Positions 33,121-46,610 of a stretch of DNA of 64,000 bases are shown here, piece after piece. Under the pieces are notes generated by a model. It saw only the letters and a list, made by a program, of their open reading frames with translations. It had not been told where the DNA came from and did no database searches. Source of the stretch: Squalus acanthias (Eukaryota); contig CM059432.1 of NCBI GenBank assembly GCA_030390025.1, positions 125,676,001 to 125,740,000 of the forward strand. The letters are read 5' to 3'. Position numbers and translations under genes: made by a program. The number at the start of each line of letters is the position of its first letter. The first letter of the stretch is position 1.

Positions 33121-34499
33121 CAGTGTTTTCCCACTCGGACTCTCAGCACTTTTAATGCATACCAATTCTAGAGCAGGGGGCACTTTCCAATCGCAAGTTA
33201 TACCTATAACAGTTACTACATTAACGATGTATATGCACTTGCATCCACAAGCACTTGGGTATCACCACGTACTCTCAATACCTCTATCCTTGCAACTCTT
33301 AAATTCTGCTCACTGAAGGAGTGCATAATAGATTACAAAGGCCTCAAACCCTCAGGTTCCTTTGAGGAAGGTATACTTCACATCTTTATCTAAATGGCAA
33401 GAAGCCATAAGCGCAAAGCAAAATCCCAAGCCCATTGCTAGTACCATATTCTCATTACTTACTGCCCCCAGGTATCCAAATACACGTCACAGTTCATTTC
33501 ATTATAATCAATACTGAAGATGGCATACAACTAGTGTCCTAACATATGCCCCTCTTCTCTTTCTACAGATGCCCAATTACCATGTCAAAATAGTATCACT
33601 CACTCTTCCCAGCACAAGCACCAGAGATATATATATATATATATACACCCCAAAGTAGCCCATTTAAGGGGGCATTGGATGATAAAAACCACAAGCAGAT
33701 AATGGAGGTTGGCTAGCTTACGTCCTTCCTCGGTTGCAGAACCCTGCGCTCCTGGCCTCAGCATTTAAAAGCATGCCATCAGTAATATCGTTTTCTGTAG
33801 TCATTATATAGAGTATGTGTTGGATACTCTACTAGGTTCAGGGACAGAGGTGGAGAGGTCCACTAACTAAATATTTGAAGTTGCAAACAAGAGCTTCTCA
33901 GCATTGCAATTTGTCATGGAGTGTGAACTCCACAGAGCACCCATGGCAGAGCTTCTAGTAATAGAGGCCCATAACAGTCAGATCAAAATATCTTGCAAAA
34001 GGTTCCAATATACAAGCTATTTCATCTAGTTGCAGCTTGCTGTTGGAATTGGATGGAGATAACTTTTACACAGGGCTTCCCTACTATCCAAAGTATGCCA
34101 GAGTGGGGGAATGTGCGGAGGCAGGGCCTAGCAGTATGCAGATGCTTCTGCCTTGAATACACTACATACTCCTCCAAACCACTACTCCTCTCAAAACAAG
34201 ATAGAAAGCAATTAGGATTGGGAAGCGACTACAGCAGTGGATACAAAGCCAAGGTTTTATGACCCAGCAGAGCCAGAGGGACACCATAATTCCAACAGGT
34301 TCCCCCAACCACTGAGAAACAAAACATTGGATGAGCATATGATTAGGAAGTAGATCACATAAAACTTACACTACTACCAGGGGAAGTGCTGGGGGTGCAC
34401 ATACACTCAGCACTTGTGGGTGGGAGGCGAAAGGGTTGCGTAGCTTATTGCTTGGTCCAGAGTGCATTGTTTTTGGCAGGATTTCAGCAAAATGCCTTT

Positions 34500-35450
34500 A
34501 CACCATCTACCAGTTAAAGGAAGATTCTTGACTAGAAAGGTGTGATGAGTGTTCCAACAGGGGCCCATGTTGGAGGTTCTCAATGTACAGGACACACTTA
34601 GGAATGGAGAGAATTCCAAAATTTACTGAGGACATCAAATTTGGAGGGAGAGTATCGCAAAATTGTGACAAGATCCGTGAAAGAGTGCAGCAAGATATAT
34701 AGACCAACAGATACAGCTTAGTGTAGAAAAGGGTGTAGTGGAGAAAAGGTGAAGTAATACATTTTGGATGAGGAAGAACATGCATCTTAAATTAAACGGA
34801 GTAGAGATCAGAGGAGTGCAGATACACAAATAGCACAAGTAGATAAGACCATCAAAATGGCAAAGTGAATCATTGGTTTTGTATCAAGAGGCATTATATA
34901 CAAAACCAAATAGGTAACATTGAACTTCTACAAGACCCTAGTTAGACCTCATTTGAGTATTTAGCAGTTTTGGGCACCCCATTATAGCATGGGCATAAAG
35001 GCAACTGTGAAGGTACAGTATAAGTTAATACTGATAAGGGGTTACAGTTAGAGACTTGAGAAGTTTTCATTAGAACCAATGTGTTAAGAGTGACCTGAAA
35101 AGGATTAGAAGGTAAATGGCGAGTTTCCACTGGTTGACAAGGGCACAAATCTATGATCATGAGAATAACAGCTTGCATCTTGAACGTATAAAATATCCCA
35201 AAGTACTTCACAGAAGCGTGATTAGAAATTAAAGTGGGAGATTTAAAAAACCTCTAGAATGTGGGATTCTGTATCACAAAGCATTGCCAGAGCAATGTCC
35301 AAAATGTCATTTTAAAGTAAATTTGTTGACTGAAAAAGGGATATTAAATGGGTATGGCGTGCACACAGGACAATGGAATTAGACTAGGAAGCTCAAGAGC
35401 AGGAAAATAGACCAGTAGTGGCTCATTTCTATGCTTTAATATTCCATGAT
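34500..35450 (+). mobile_element. Highly degenerate CR1 fragment
   Basis: ctagttagacctcatttgagtatt..cagttttgggcacccc, acaagggcacaa. Confidence 0.6.
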
Positions 35451-35974
35451 TTAAAATTATCCAGGCGGTTTTAAGACCTAGGTAGTTGGGTATATTTGGT
35501 TGCCCAGACTTGTACAGACCAAATTGATGTGCTCAATTCCCCAGCCAAACCTGATCCTGTTCTCACATGGACTTAGCAATCACTGGACAGTAATCTGGAA
35601 CCCTCACCAATTCTTCCTTCCCCTCCTCCCAAGCTTGGGGATACTTGTATAAAATTGCAAGTACTACCATTAAGCACCCCAAGATCTCACAACTCAGCAG
35701 ACAGGAATCAAACCAAAGACTTGTCTGGTCTAGATGATCCAGTAACATAGCTACTGGTTCACAAGGAAAGGCTGTAGTTCAGAGAACTCAATTTTAAAAA
35801 AAATATAAACTGTGTAAACCATAATTGTAGCTTTTATCTATTCTTTGCATTACAAATCCCTCCCGAGACTCATGTAAAAGTCCAGCAATCACAGTCAAAC
35901 ATGCAACATTTAAATAGGGTTAATTCAAAAATAGTATTCAATGTGGCCATCAGAGCCACAATAACTCATAATAC

Positions 35975-36335
35975 TCCCTCCAAGGCCAAGTATATCCTTC
36001 CTTAAGAACAAAACTATACAGTACTCCAGGTGTGGTCTCACCAAATTCCTATACAAGACTTCTTTACTCTTATACTCCAACCACCTTTGTAATAAAGTCT
36101 AACATACCATTTGCTTTCCTAATTGCTTGCTGTACCTGCATGTTAACTTTGATTTGTGTACAAGGTCACCCATGTCCCTCTGAATACCAACATTTTCCAG
36201 TCTCTCCATTTAAAAAAAAATTCAGTTTTTCTATTTTTCCTACTAAAGTGGGTAACTTCACACTTCTCCACATTATATTCCATCTGCCATGTTCTTACCC
36301 TCACTTATCCTGTCTATATCCCTTTGCAGCCTCTT
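35975..36335 (-). mobile_element. CR1 fragment
   Basis: cagtactccaggtgtggtctcacc is the reverse complement of VRPHLEY. Confidence 0.7.
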
Positions 36336-37494
36336 TGCTTAAGGTTATACTTAGACCAGGCTTGGCTCATATGAAGATGATGCAGAATAAAACTGACTGA
36401 TGTGGTCTCCAATTCAACTTTACATCCATCAATGTGGTTAAAAAAACTTCAGATGTATTATATGGACAACTGATGAATACAAACAGCTAGAGACTTTGAA
36501 TGATGGTCTTTAAATAGCCCATTAGAAAGCACCATTTTTAACAGTAATTACTGAAAATGCAGAATTTCTTGCCTAATAAAAGCTACACTTACCTTCATTC
36601 CTCCAGATTTTATGTTTCCTCTTGACAGAGGGGGCCAGGGAAGGCAGGAGGGTTGCTACGGTGGTCTGGGCATGGTGCACTTTTAGAACAAATCATACTG
36701 AGCCTCAAAATCAAGTAGATGGAATAATCCATCCAGCATCTAAGCCAGTTTTTTTTTGGGGGGGGGGAAAGAGAAAGAGAACATCCACCTACCGCAGGGA
36801 AATCAGGTTCAAATAATAACTGGAGTTGTCGTCAACCCAGCCATTGGTTTGTTAAATACAAATTTACATGTATTGAAGAGGACTGGCTAGGTTATGGGAT
36901 TGACCAGCTGAGAAAATTTAAATATGAAATGCACAACATTGTAGCCCTGGATCATAACATTCTGTATTGTGCTAGATGCTGTCGGAAAATCTACTTTGTT
37001 GGGCCTTGTGTGTAAATCTTTAATGATGTAACCACCACTGAAGAAATGGCATTGCTTTAAATCTCCCTATTCGCAGCTTTAGTATTTTAGTCACTAGATG
37101 GAGTAGTTTCTCATACGCAGGACACTACACTGACCATAATCTTGTACTTTGATGCTCCAACAGACTCCTTCTTAGACATTGGGTCTATGGAGGAAAGCTA
37201 CACAACTGTCCTGGGACAAAAGATACCTTTTAGTGCATGGGAACTACATCAAGATATATAAAATATTTCAACCCCGACAAAAAAGACACCAACGAAGAGA
37301 ACAGCACTTACAGAAAAAGGCAACATTTGCATCCAGTGTCAGTCTGAAAGAAGCAGTCATTACTATAGATGCTGTATGGCCAACGATTCAACACAAATTT
37401 TAGGGGGTAAGGAGAAGAGGAGCGGAAGGGAGCACAAAGACGAGAATACAAAGACAATCTGGAAACTCTCATTTCTGTTCTTCATACTATTCCA

Positions 37495-39186
37495 GATATT
37501 TAATTTTGTTTTTGGTACATTTATTCTTTACCCCAAATGACAAGACAGTACAGATTTTGCTGTCAAAAATTGAACTGTTGGTTCATACCACAGCTGTTAA
37601 CAGTTACACATTTTTTTTTCCTGTAGCTGGTTCCTTCTTCACTGCCTCCTCTCAACTTTGTATTGTGTTCTCATTTTTGGTCTTTTGATCCCTTATGGTC
37701 CATACATTTATTCTGCCAGACATATTTCTGCATGGGTTGTATTAACTTTGATAATCAATGAAGGTTAAACAAAAATCTAATATGCTAACATTTTCAAAGG
37801 ATAATTGATTTATAATAACATAGTACATTGGAGTTGCCATTGTAAAATAGGTATTGTTTAACCAGGGAACTAGGAAAAAATACTATAAAGCTACTGGTAA
37901 GATGTCCACCGAAAAGCAAAACTTGGTCTCACTTTAAATTCTGAAGTTTTTGCAGATGATGCATAATCTTTAGTTTTACTTTTGTGCACAGCTAAATGAT
38001 TTTCAGGCAAATACTGAAAACACTGCCAATGTACTATTTACAGTTAAAATTGAGGTATACCATCCACTCAATTAGGTTTCAACAGTTTCAGGAATAGGTC
38101 AAGACATTGTCAGACAACCAATCTAGATTGAAATTATGCTGAACAATTATTCCTTCATTTATGAGGCAGCAGTTTGAGCATTTTTCTAAAGCTTCCAACC
38201 TCATACATCCAGACTACATTTGTGAATTCCATTCCACTTGAGACACAAGTATCAGCATATAATTTAGTAAATCAAATTGAAATTTAAAAAAATCCATTCA
38301 TAAAACATTTTATTCCACTTACATCAACTTTACACATTTTCTTGATAACAATTATGCTTGTGTGTTCTTATGAAAAGTCCAGAAGACATGAATGCAGCTA
38401 GCCATACAGCAATATATCTCATTACTTCCCTGTTAACTATTTCACAGCCACATGCGTGTTAGGCAATCAAGACCACAAAGCAAAAACTAAAAAACAAAAA
38501 GGTAGTTACCAGATAAACACATGGGAAGGTCTTTACCTCTTAAACATACATTATCAAAGTTAAGCGTTTAATTTTACTGCATGTTTGCTTGTACATTTGT
38601 TCTTACGTTGACAATAATTTCTTTTAAATACAAATAAAATGTTCAGATGTCATTTGTGTAGCAAAATGAAGACATGAGCAATGGTGAATCTTGCAACTCA
38701 TGGAATGTTAATCCTCCTCTGCCCTATCCCAAAAATCCTGAGACATGTAATAGATGGTGCAGGTTTGATCTACAGATTAGTAGCTCTCTAGAAATTGCAC
38801 GATTCGCATTGAACCTATGCCATTTCCCATTACATACACTAAATTATGGGCATCCTTCTTTGCTAGTACAGGAAACATTTGACATTAGCTTTGTGGTAAA
38901 CCACAGCTACAAAGAGTACTAACCAAACATTTAAAACTTGTATAAAAATTCCACACCCTGAATTTACATTGGCCACCTGGAACATACAGTACAAACAAGA
39001 GTTCCCAATATGAATTGACTCTTCTCCCCTATCAAACACAAACCACATGGGAAACACAGAGACCCAACAGAAGTGACAGAAGCTCTCCAAAGACCTAAAA
39101 TAGAAACTAGTGGGACAGCAGAGATTACAAATAGTCTTGATGGTGAAGATTCAGGAATGAGGCAGACAGAACTAGAAGGCGGAAGT
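37495..39186 (-). other. ywhab: 3' UTR of the 14-3-3 gene with candidate AATAAA signals at 38309-38314, 37707-37712 and 37520-37525
   Basis: AT-rich stretch directly after the stop codon with no recognisable TE. The tttatt hexamers are on the + strand. The true 3' end is inferred. Confidence 0.6.
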
Positions 39187-39246
39187 TTAGTTCTCTCCTC
39201 CCTCGCCAGCATCAGCTTCTTCCCCCTGGTTGTCTGAAGTCCACAA
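39187..39246 (-). CDS. ywhab: 14-3-3 beta-like, last coding exon (LWTSDNQGEEADAGEGGEN*)
   Basis: ctag|TTG TGG ACT...AAC TAA. Exon sum 294+124+164+96+60 = 738 nt = 245 aa plus stop. Confidence 0.95.
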   Translation of the reverse strand: MWTSDNQGEEADAGEGGEN

Positions 39247-40186
39247 CTAGAAGTAGATAAAATTCCAATTACTACTGTGGTATCTTAAGCCATCAAAAGC
39301 ATTCCAGAGAACATGGCTATTCTGTGGGATATAGCAAAAAACAAGTTGGAGTATAATCACAATCCTTCGGTTATTTTTCTTCTGGGTTACAGGTCCTCCA
39401 TAATGTAATTTAGAAACCAGAATTATTCCAAAGTGCTCAGAGTACAGATGTTTAGATTGCAAAATTTTCTTCAGCTATAAAATAGTTAACATTACAAATC
39501 AATAGGCTAAAAAAGGGTGCTCCACTCCCATTGCTTATGCACATAGATTGCAAGTTTGAGGGTGAAAAAAAGACAGCTCAGCCTCAGATGTCTGGATTTG
39601 TCTGATTATGTGCCCACATTGCAGCAAACCTATCAAATTCCATCTGCAGTTCCATCAGAAGTCAGGCTATCATGCAGAAGCATGGAGACAGCCAACTACA
39701 TCTGCCTTGAGGCAATATACCTCAAGGAGGACAGATGGGGAAGAAACAGCAACAGAAAAAAACGCAAGCTAGTTATAATTGATCACCTTAGCCTGTGCAT
39801 CAAACTACTCCCTTGCCAACAGGGTGGGCAGACAGCTGACCCAAACCCTAGGCTTCTGCAAATTCTATTTTTCAGCTGGATATTAACTGCTCAGCCTATG
39901 ACAGATCAAGGACTCTCCCTGTAGAGAGTAGAGTTCAAACCAGTGTTCTACCAGTCCGCAGTGCAATGTGTCTTGGATCATTAACGCACAATAAATCCTT
40001 ATATGTATAGCCAAGCCATGATGCAGTGGGTTAGCATTAATTCCTATTGAAGTATTCACAGAAGAGCTGAGCACTGCATCTGGTCCATGCCATGATGAAT
40101 TCAGTGCTGGGTTGTCATGAAACTTCTAGTTCTGACATCAACTTTCAACCTACAAAAGATAAGTTTTCCCTAGGATAAGTACTTAC

Positions 40187-40282
40187 TGTCAAGTTATCTC
40201 GCAATAACTGCATTATTAATGTGCTGTCTTTGTAGGAATCTTCATTCAGTGTATCAAGCTCTGCAATTGCTTCATCAAATGC
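40187..40282 (-). CDS. ywhab: 14-3-3 beta-like, coding exon 4 (96 nt)
   Basis: aag|[32 protein letters not shown]|gtaagt. Preceded by an 81-nt intron (40283-40363). Confidence 0.96.
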
Positions 40283-40288
40283 CTTTTA

Positions 40289-40585
<297 letters not shown>

Positions 40586-42324
40586 TTATAAAAGCATGCA
40601 GATATATACACAATAGACCAACTTAACTGCCAGTTTTATGCAATGCCAATTTACACTAATACACCATTTGAATTATATCTAGCAAGATACAGATTTCTGC
40701 CCCAATGAATGCTTTACGAAATAGATACTACAGTACAAGCCAAAATGCCTGGTACGACAATTCAAACAGCAAATTACTAGTAGTAATGGTCTCTGCTCCC
40801 CATTCATTTTTTTTTAAAAAAAAAACACTCCACTGAGCACTATTACAGAAGCTGCAAAGTCTTAGTCAAATACAAGCATTATACATAATTTGTACTAGAG
40901 CTACATATTTATTGTTCTCAAGAGGGATGTTGATCCTGGGAAATGGAACTTTTCCCATTTCAGGTAACATTGCAGCAAACACTCCCAGGTCAGATACAGT
41001 TAACTCTGCCACTTCACATACACGCCATTATTGCACCAGTGATTCCATTCCCCACACCAGCCATCCTATGCCTTAATTGAAATTGCCAATTATTCCCAAA
41101 TTAGGACAATTAAATGCTGTAAACCCATGCCCACTAGAAACTGGATTAGGACAGTTCAAATTCCATTCAGAGCACTTAAAGACATCAGAGGAGAATTTCA
41201 TCCAATTAAACTGGGCTGGGTTTGAACTCAGGTGAAAGGTCAGCAAAACCCACTGAACCATTCACTTCCTTCTCATTCTTTGAATTAAATTAAACCTCCA
41301 TATACAATTTGAATTCATTATTGTGCACAGGATTAAAAAGACACTAGCTTCTTTCCTGAACTGTGCTTAGTTCTTTGACAGGAGACAAGAACCTAGACAC
41401 TTAAAAATGCAAGCTATGTATACATAAAAAAAATCACTCCCAATACCAGAGGGAGAACTAAATAGGATGGGCACCTTCATATTTAGATGTTTCAAGTCTT
41501 TCAAAGACTATGGAAGACCACACCAGAACCATTCATTGGATTCAAGATCCAAATGTTGAGCAATGTTGTCACTATTTCAATAAAGTGAATGTTGGCACAT
41601 AAAAACTTTAATACCAGGATCACGAACTGTGAAAGGACAAAAAATTTAATTGTACTGATGGGTATTGTTCAACCATGCATCTTTCTAATGGGAACTGAAT
41701 TATATAAACCACAAAGGTTCTAGAACTAATTCCCCATCTGTGCTGCATCAGTCAATTACAACCATGGTAGCAGTAATAGCACATACAACTTACTGCAGCA
41801 TCACTGGTTTTGAAGAGAGAGAAAAGGCCAGAGAGGTTCCTCCTGATCACTGTCCAGCAACCCCAAACTGATATGTGGACTTCAGGACAGGATGAGGCTT
41901 GGTTTTGAGATCCCCTATGTTCCAATGGTTTGTCAACACTAACTGTAAAGCTGACGAGTGACAAAAGGGCCACTTGCATGAAGTACCCGCAGATGCCTGT
42001 AGAACTGTAGTAAAAATTAGAAAACATTGGCTTTAAGCATAGTCTTTCCCTACAGTATACCGATGCAGAAAATGGCCAATGACCATGTTCAGGCCAGCTT
42101 GGTCCATTGTCATGTTAGTAACCTTGAGTAGTACCAATTTTCCCAACATGGAAGACATTTTTTCTACCCAACTTGCTAATTGGTTATATGTTGGATTGAA
42201 CCAAGTGAGGCCAATGTAGCTGCTATATAGACTTACAAACTAAGTAGAAGTCTGACAGGAAAATTTCAGCTGTATTATTTCAGTTGGTATAGTAACAGCC
42301 AGTGGGCAAATTCCTTCCATTTGG

Positions 42325-42730
42325 TACGACAGTATAGTGGTAAATTACAGGACCAGTAATCCAGAGAACGCAAATTCAAATCCTGGCATGGCAGACTGAG
42401 AATTTGAATTCTGGAAATAAAAAAGCTGGTATCAGTTATAGTAACCACAAAGCTGTCAGATTGTTGTAAAAACCCAACTGGTTCACTAAATGTCCTTTAG
42501 GATAGGAAACTTGCAGTCCTTGCCGAGTCTGACCTGCATGCGACTCCAGTTCCACACCAACATGGTTAACTCTTAACTGCCCTCTGAAGTGCTTAGCAAG
42601 CCATTCATATGCATCAAAACTGTTACAAATACTGCAGCAGTTCAAGATGGCCCACCACCTTCTCAGACAACTGAGACATGGCAAAACATACCAGCCTTGC
42701 CAGCAATGCCCACTTCTCAAGAATGAATAA
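42325..42730 (+). mobile_element. Full-length tRNA-derived SINE with Zenon-like LINE tail (intronic)
   Basis: A/B-box-like head (tagtggt...ttcaaatcc) and tail ccttgccagcaatgcccac..aatgaataa. Confidence 0.7.
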
Positions 42731-42807
42731 AGAAAACCATAAAACCTTCAAAGTTAACACTTTATACAATAGATTTTCAAATTTTATGGGGGGGGGGGGG
42801 GGGGGGG

Positions 42808-42964
42808 CAATGCTCCCTCTAAATTGTCTTTGTTGTGCCCAGCCTATTTATTTCCAATGTGCAGTCTCTTTAAATTTCTGTGGTATTTCAAATGGAAAAG
42901 CTTGTGAGCAGCACCTTGCAGATTAGTGCATGGCCACACAAGGCACAGCTTAGAGGGAACATTG
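42808..42964. mobile_element. hAT-type MITE, same family as 23261-23415
   Basis: TIRs caatgctccctctaa / ttagagggaacattg; G-rich 8-bp flanks. Confidence 0.75.
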
Positions 42965-43369
42965 GTGGGGGGTACAAATACCACTCCCTGGTAAGTGGCA
43001 GACTCTGAGATTTACTCCAGTTGAAAACCTGCATCCTAGAAAAAGGGTTTTAGCTACTAAAGACAAAAAGCTTCACTTGGTTAAACAGGAGTTATTATGT
43101 CATGATTGACATCCAAGTAATTAACATTTTCCATGCAACAAAATCTGACAATGCTCAGGACCAAGTTTATCTTCAGCCAAAGGGGGTTACCAGTTTCCTC
43201 TGCCTTTGATTGCAAGGAAGAAGGGAGAAGCCATGAATATAGCATTTTGATCCAGGGAATAACAAGTCATCAAGGCGAGGCCAAATACCCACGTTACATA
43301 CCTCACAACCAGTCATCCACCTAGACTCATCTTAAGACTTTTGATTAGTAGGCCCAGTCAGAATGCTTC

Positions 43370-44470
43370 AAGCACAAGTCTGCATGGGATCCAAGGAAAA
43401 GATGGATCCAAAATTGGCTCAGTGGCAGGAAGCAAAGGGTGATGGTTGAGGGGTGTTTGTGCGACTGGAAGGCTGTTTCCAGTGGGGTTCCGCAGGGCTC
43501 AGTACACTAGGTCCCTTGCTTGTGGTATATATCAATGATTTAGACTTCAATGTAGGGGGCATGATTAAGATGTTTGCAGATGATACAAAAATTAGCATGT
43601 GGTTGATAGTGAGGAAGAAAGCTGTAGACTGCAGGAAGATATCAATGGACTGATCAGGTGGACAGAAAAGTGGTAAATGGAATTCAATCTAGAAAGTGTG
43701 AGGTAATGCATTTGGGGAGGGCTAACAAGGCAAGGGAATACACAATAAATGGTAGGATACTGAGAAGTGTAGAGGAACAGAAGGACCTTGGAGTGCATGT
43801 CCACAGATCCCTGAAGGTAGCAAGACAGGTAGACAAGGTGGTTAAGGCAGCATACAGGATACTTTCCTTTATCAGCCAAGACACAGAATACAAGAGCAGA
43901 GAGATTATGCTAGAACTGTACAAAATAGTTAGGCCTCAGCTGGAATACTGCGTGCAGTTCTGGTCACATTACAGGAAAGATGTGATTGCACGAGAGAGGG
44001 TACAGAGGAGATTTACGAGGATGTTGCCAGGACTGGAGAATTTTAGCTATGAGGAAAGATTGGATATGCTGGGGTTGTTATCTTTGGAACAGGAGGTTGA
44101 GGGAGACTTAATTGCAGTGTATAGAATTATAAGGGGCCTAGACAGAGTGGATAGGAAGGACCTATTTCCCTTTGCAGAGAGGTCAATAACCAGCGGGCAT
44201 AGATTTGAAGTAATTGGTAGAAGAATTAGAGGGGAGTTGAAGAATTTTTCTTCACCCAGAGGGAGGTGGGGGTCTGGAACTCTGCCTGAAAAGGGTGGTA
44301 GAGGCAGAAACCCTCACCACATTTAAAAAGTATTTTACGCACTTGAAATGCCATAACCTACAAGGCTACGGACCAGGAAAGTGGGATTAGGCTGGATAGC
44401 TCTTTTTCGGCTGGCACAGACATGGACTAAATGGTCCCCTTCTGTGCTGTATATTTCTATGATTTCTATG
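43370..44470 (+). mobile_element. CR1 3' fragment (intronic, antisense to ywhab)
   Basis: MFADDTKI, KCEVMHLG, VRPQLEYCVQFWS; atttctatg tail. Confidence 0.9.
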
Positions 44471-44869
44471 AAGGACTTTATGGATAGGTTTAAGACTCTT
44501 TGTGGGGGGGGGTGGTGCCAACCCTGTATAAGCAGTCACCAGACCAGTGCAGGAGTTGGTAACATACTGCAGCCATAATACACCATCTTAAGGAGCAGCC
44601 TACTTAATGGGTTAATTGAATGCTCAGTGACCATAAAGGTGCAGTACTCCAGTCAATAGTCTCTGGGATTCAAATGCCATTTTCCTCAAAGGGTGGCAGA
44701 TTCGAGCTGAAGGACCCTGCACTTAAGACTTAAACCCAGGCCTAGTATGTCAAGCACAGGACCCCCAGAGAACAAACCCTGCAATGGCTATAGCTGCTTT
44801 TGATGTATGATTTACTCATCGTGACATCCTGTTTGACCCTGAATTAAGCAGTGTTTCCAATCCCACAGC

Positions 44870-45450
44870 ACGTCCATCATAAACACCACCACATTCCACC
44901 TCAGCCCATCTACTGCTGAAACCCTCTTCGTCAACCCCAGACTGGATTATTCTAATGTTCTCCTGGCTAGCCTCCTACACTCCATAACCTTCAGTACAAT
45001 TAAAACTCTGCTGCCCACGTTCCTATCCGGCACCATGTCCCATTTAGCCATCACACCCGTTCTCGCTGAACTGCACTGGCTCCGGGTTCTCCCAAGGCCT
45101 CAAACTAAAAAAAAAATCACATCATTGTGTTTAAATCCATCCATGACCTTGCCCTTCACTACCGGTAGCTTCCTCCAGCCCTAGCCCCAACCTCTAGTTC
45201 AGGCCTCTTCTGCATACCCCCCTCCCTTCACCACACCACGGATTGCTATGCTTTTAGCTGCCTAGGCCACACACTTCCTAAATCCTTCCAGCTCCCTCCT
45301 CTCCTTCAAGATCCTTCTTAAAACCCACCTCTGATCAAGCATTTGGTGGCCATTCCTAATGGTTGCTTTCTTTGGTTTGGTTTTTACTTGCATCTGTGAA
45401 GAGCCGTGGGATATTTTTCTATGTTAAAGATGCTATATAAATACAAATAA
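44870..45450 (+). mobile_element. L2 3' fragment
   Basis: ctgctgaaaccctc..ctggattattctaatg..gctatataaat tail. Confidence 0.8.
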
Positions 45451-46159
45451 TAAGTGTTACTGATTTCCTCAGGAACAGTAGTTCAAAAAATCCAGCTTCA
45501 AAGCCCAAGGGACCCTGAAATTCTAATCTATGTGCATCTACTCAGATTGCTTTTGAATGCTGACTTGACTCTTGCGTCAAGGGCATTCACAAGTGAAGTG
45601 CTGTAATATTAGACACTTGCGTAATGTTATCTGCAATAGTCTGGGTTGTAGCTGCATGTATCTCCGGTTACCAAGGCCTAATAGGAAGCCACTCATCAGG
45701 TACCTCGAGAAGTCTTTGGTCCCAGTTATGCAGCCTTTTGGCTCTTTTTCCACAGATAATGAGCAATTTCCTGTATTTAGTCTGTTCATGAAAGACCAGT
45801 GGCAAAAGCCGGTTACCAACTAAGGAAATAAACCAAACGGTCTCCTGATGCTCCCACACGATAATGGCAGACCACCTAGAAAAGAGCCAAATTCTGAGAA
45901 TACCTCGAAGTAGCCTAAAAGATAGAGTATATAATGTCTCCCAGGATTTTGCCAAGTAACTATTCCGGCATCAAAAGAGAAACCTAAAGGAATGGATAAA
46001 TTAGTATTGAAGACAAGGCTCACCTTAAATGATGCTTCAGATCATACATGTATGTTTTGGTACTTCCCCTCTAAGTCACACCATCTTGACTTAGGCATAT
46101 ACCATCGATCCTTCGCCATCTCTGGATCAAAATCCTGTAACTTAGATTTGTGGGATTTT

Positions 46160-46610
46160 TGTGTTCATGGGATGTGGGCATCGCTGGCAAGGCCAGCATT
46201 TATTGCCCATTCCCAATTGCCCTCGAGAAGGTAGTGGCGAGCCGCCTGAACCACTGCAGTCCGTGTGGTGACACTTCTTTGTAGCGGTTTGTTATAACCA
46301 AGTGGCTTGCTAGGCCATTTCAGAGGGCAGTTAAGAGTCAACCACATTGATGTGGGTCTGGAGTCACATATAGGCCAGACTGGGTAAGGACAGCAAATTT
46401 CCTTCCCTAAAGGACATTAGTGAACCAGATGGGTATAATATGACAATCCGGTAGTTTCATGGTCACCATTACCGACATATTAGCTTTTTATTACAGATTT
46501 GTTTAATTAACTGAATTTAAATTCCACAGCTGCTGTGGGGGGATTTGAACTCATGTCTCCAGGCCTCTGGATTACTAGCCTAGTAACAACCACTATGCCA
46601 ACGTTCCCAT
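46160..46610 (-). mobile_element. tRNA-derived SINE inserted in a Zenon-like LINE 3' fragment (~46065-46140 and ~46615-46680)
   Basis: gggatgtgggcatcgctggcaaggccagcatttattgccc is the reverse complement of the LINE tail. The flanks match LINE 21320-21400 and 21455-21520. Confidence 0.75.

Noticed and set aside
1..37000. Neighbouring host gene such as pabpc1l
   Set aside because: No RRM-like or other host-gene exon recognised; all long ORFs are transposon-derived. Short exons could have been missed.
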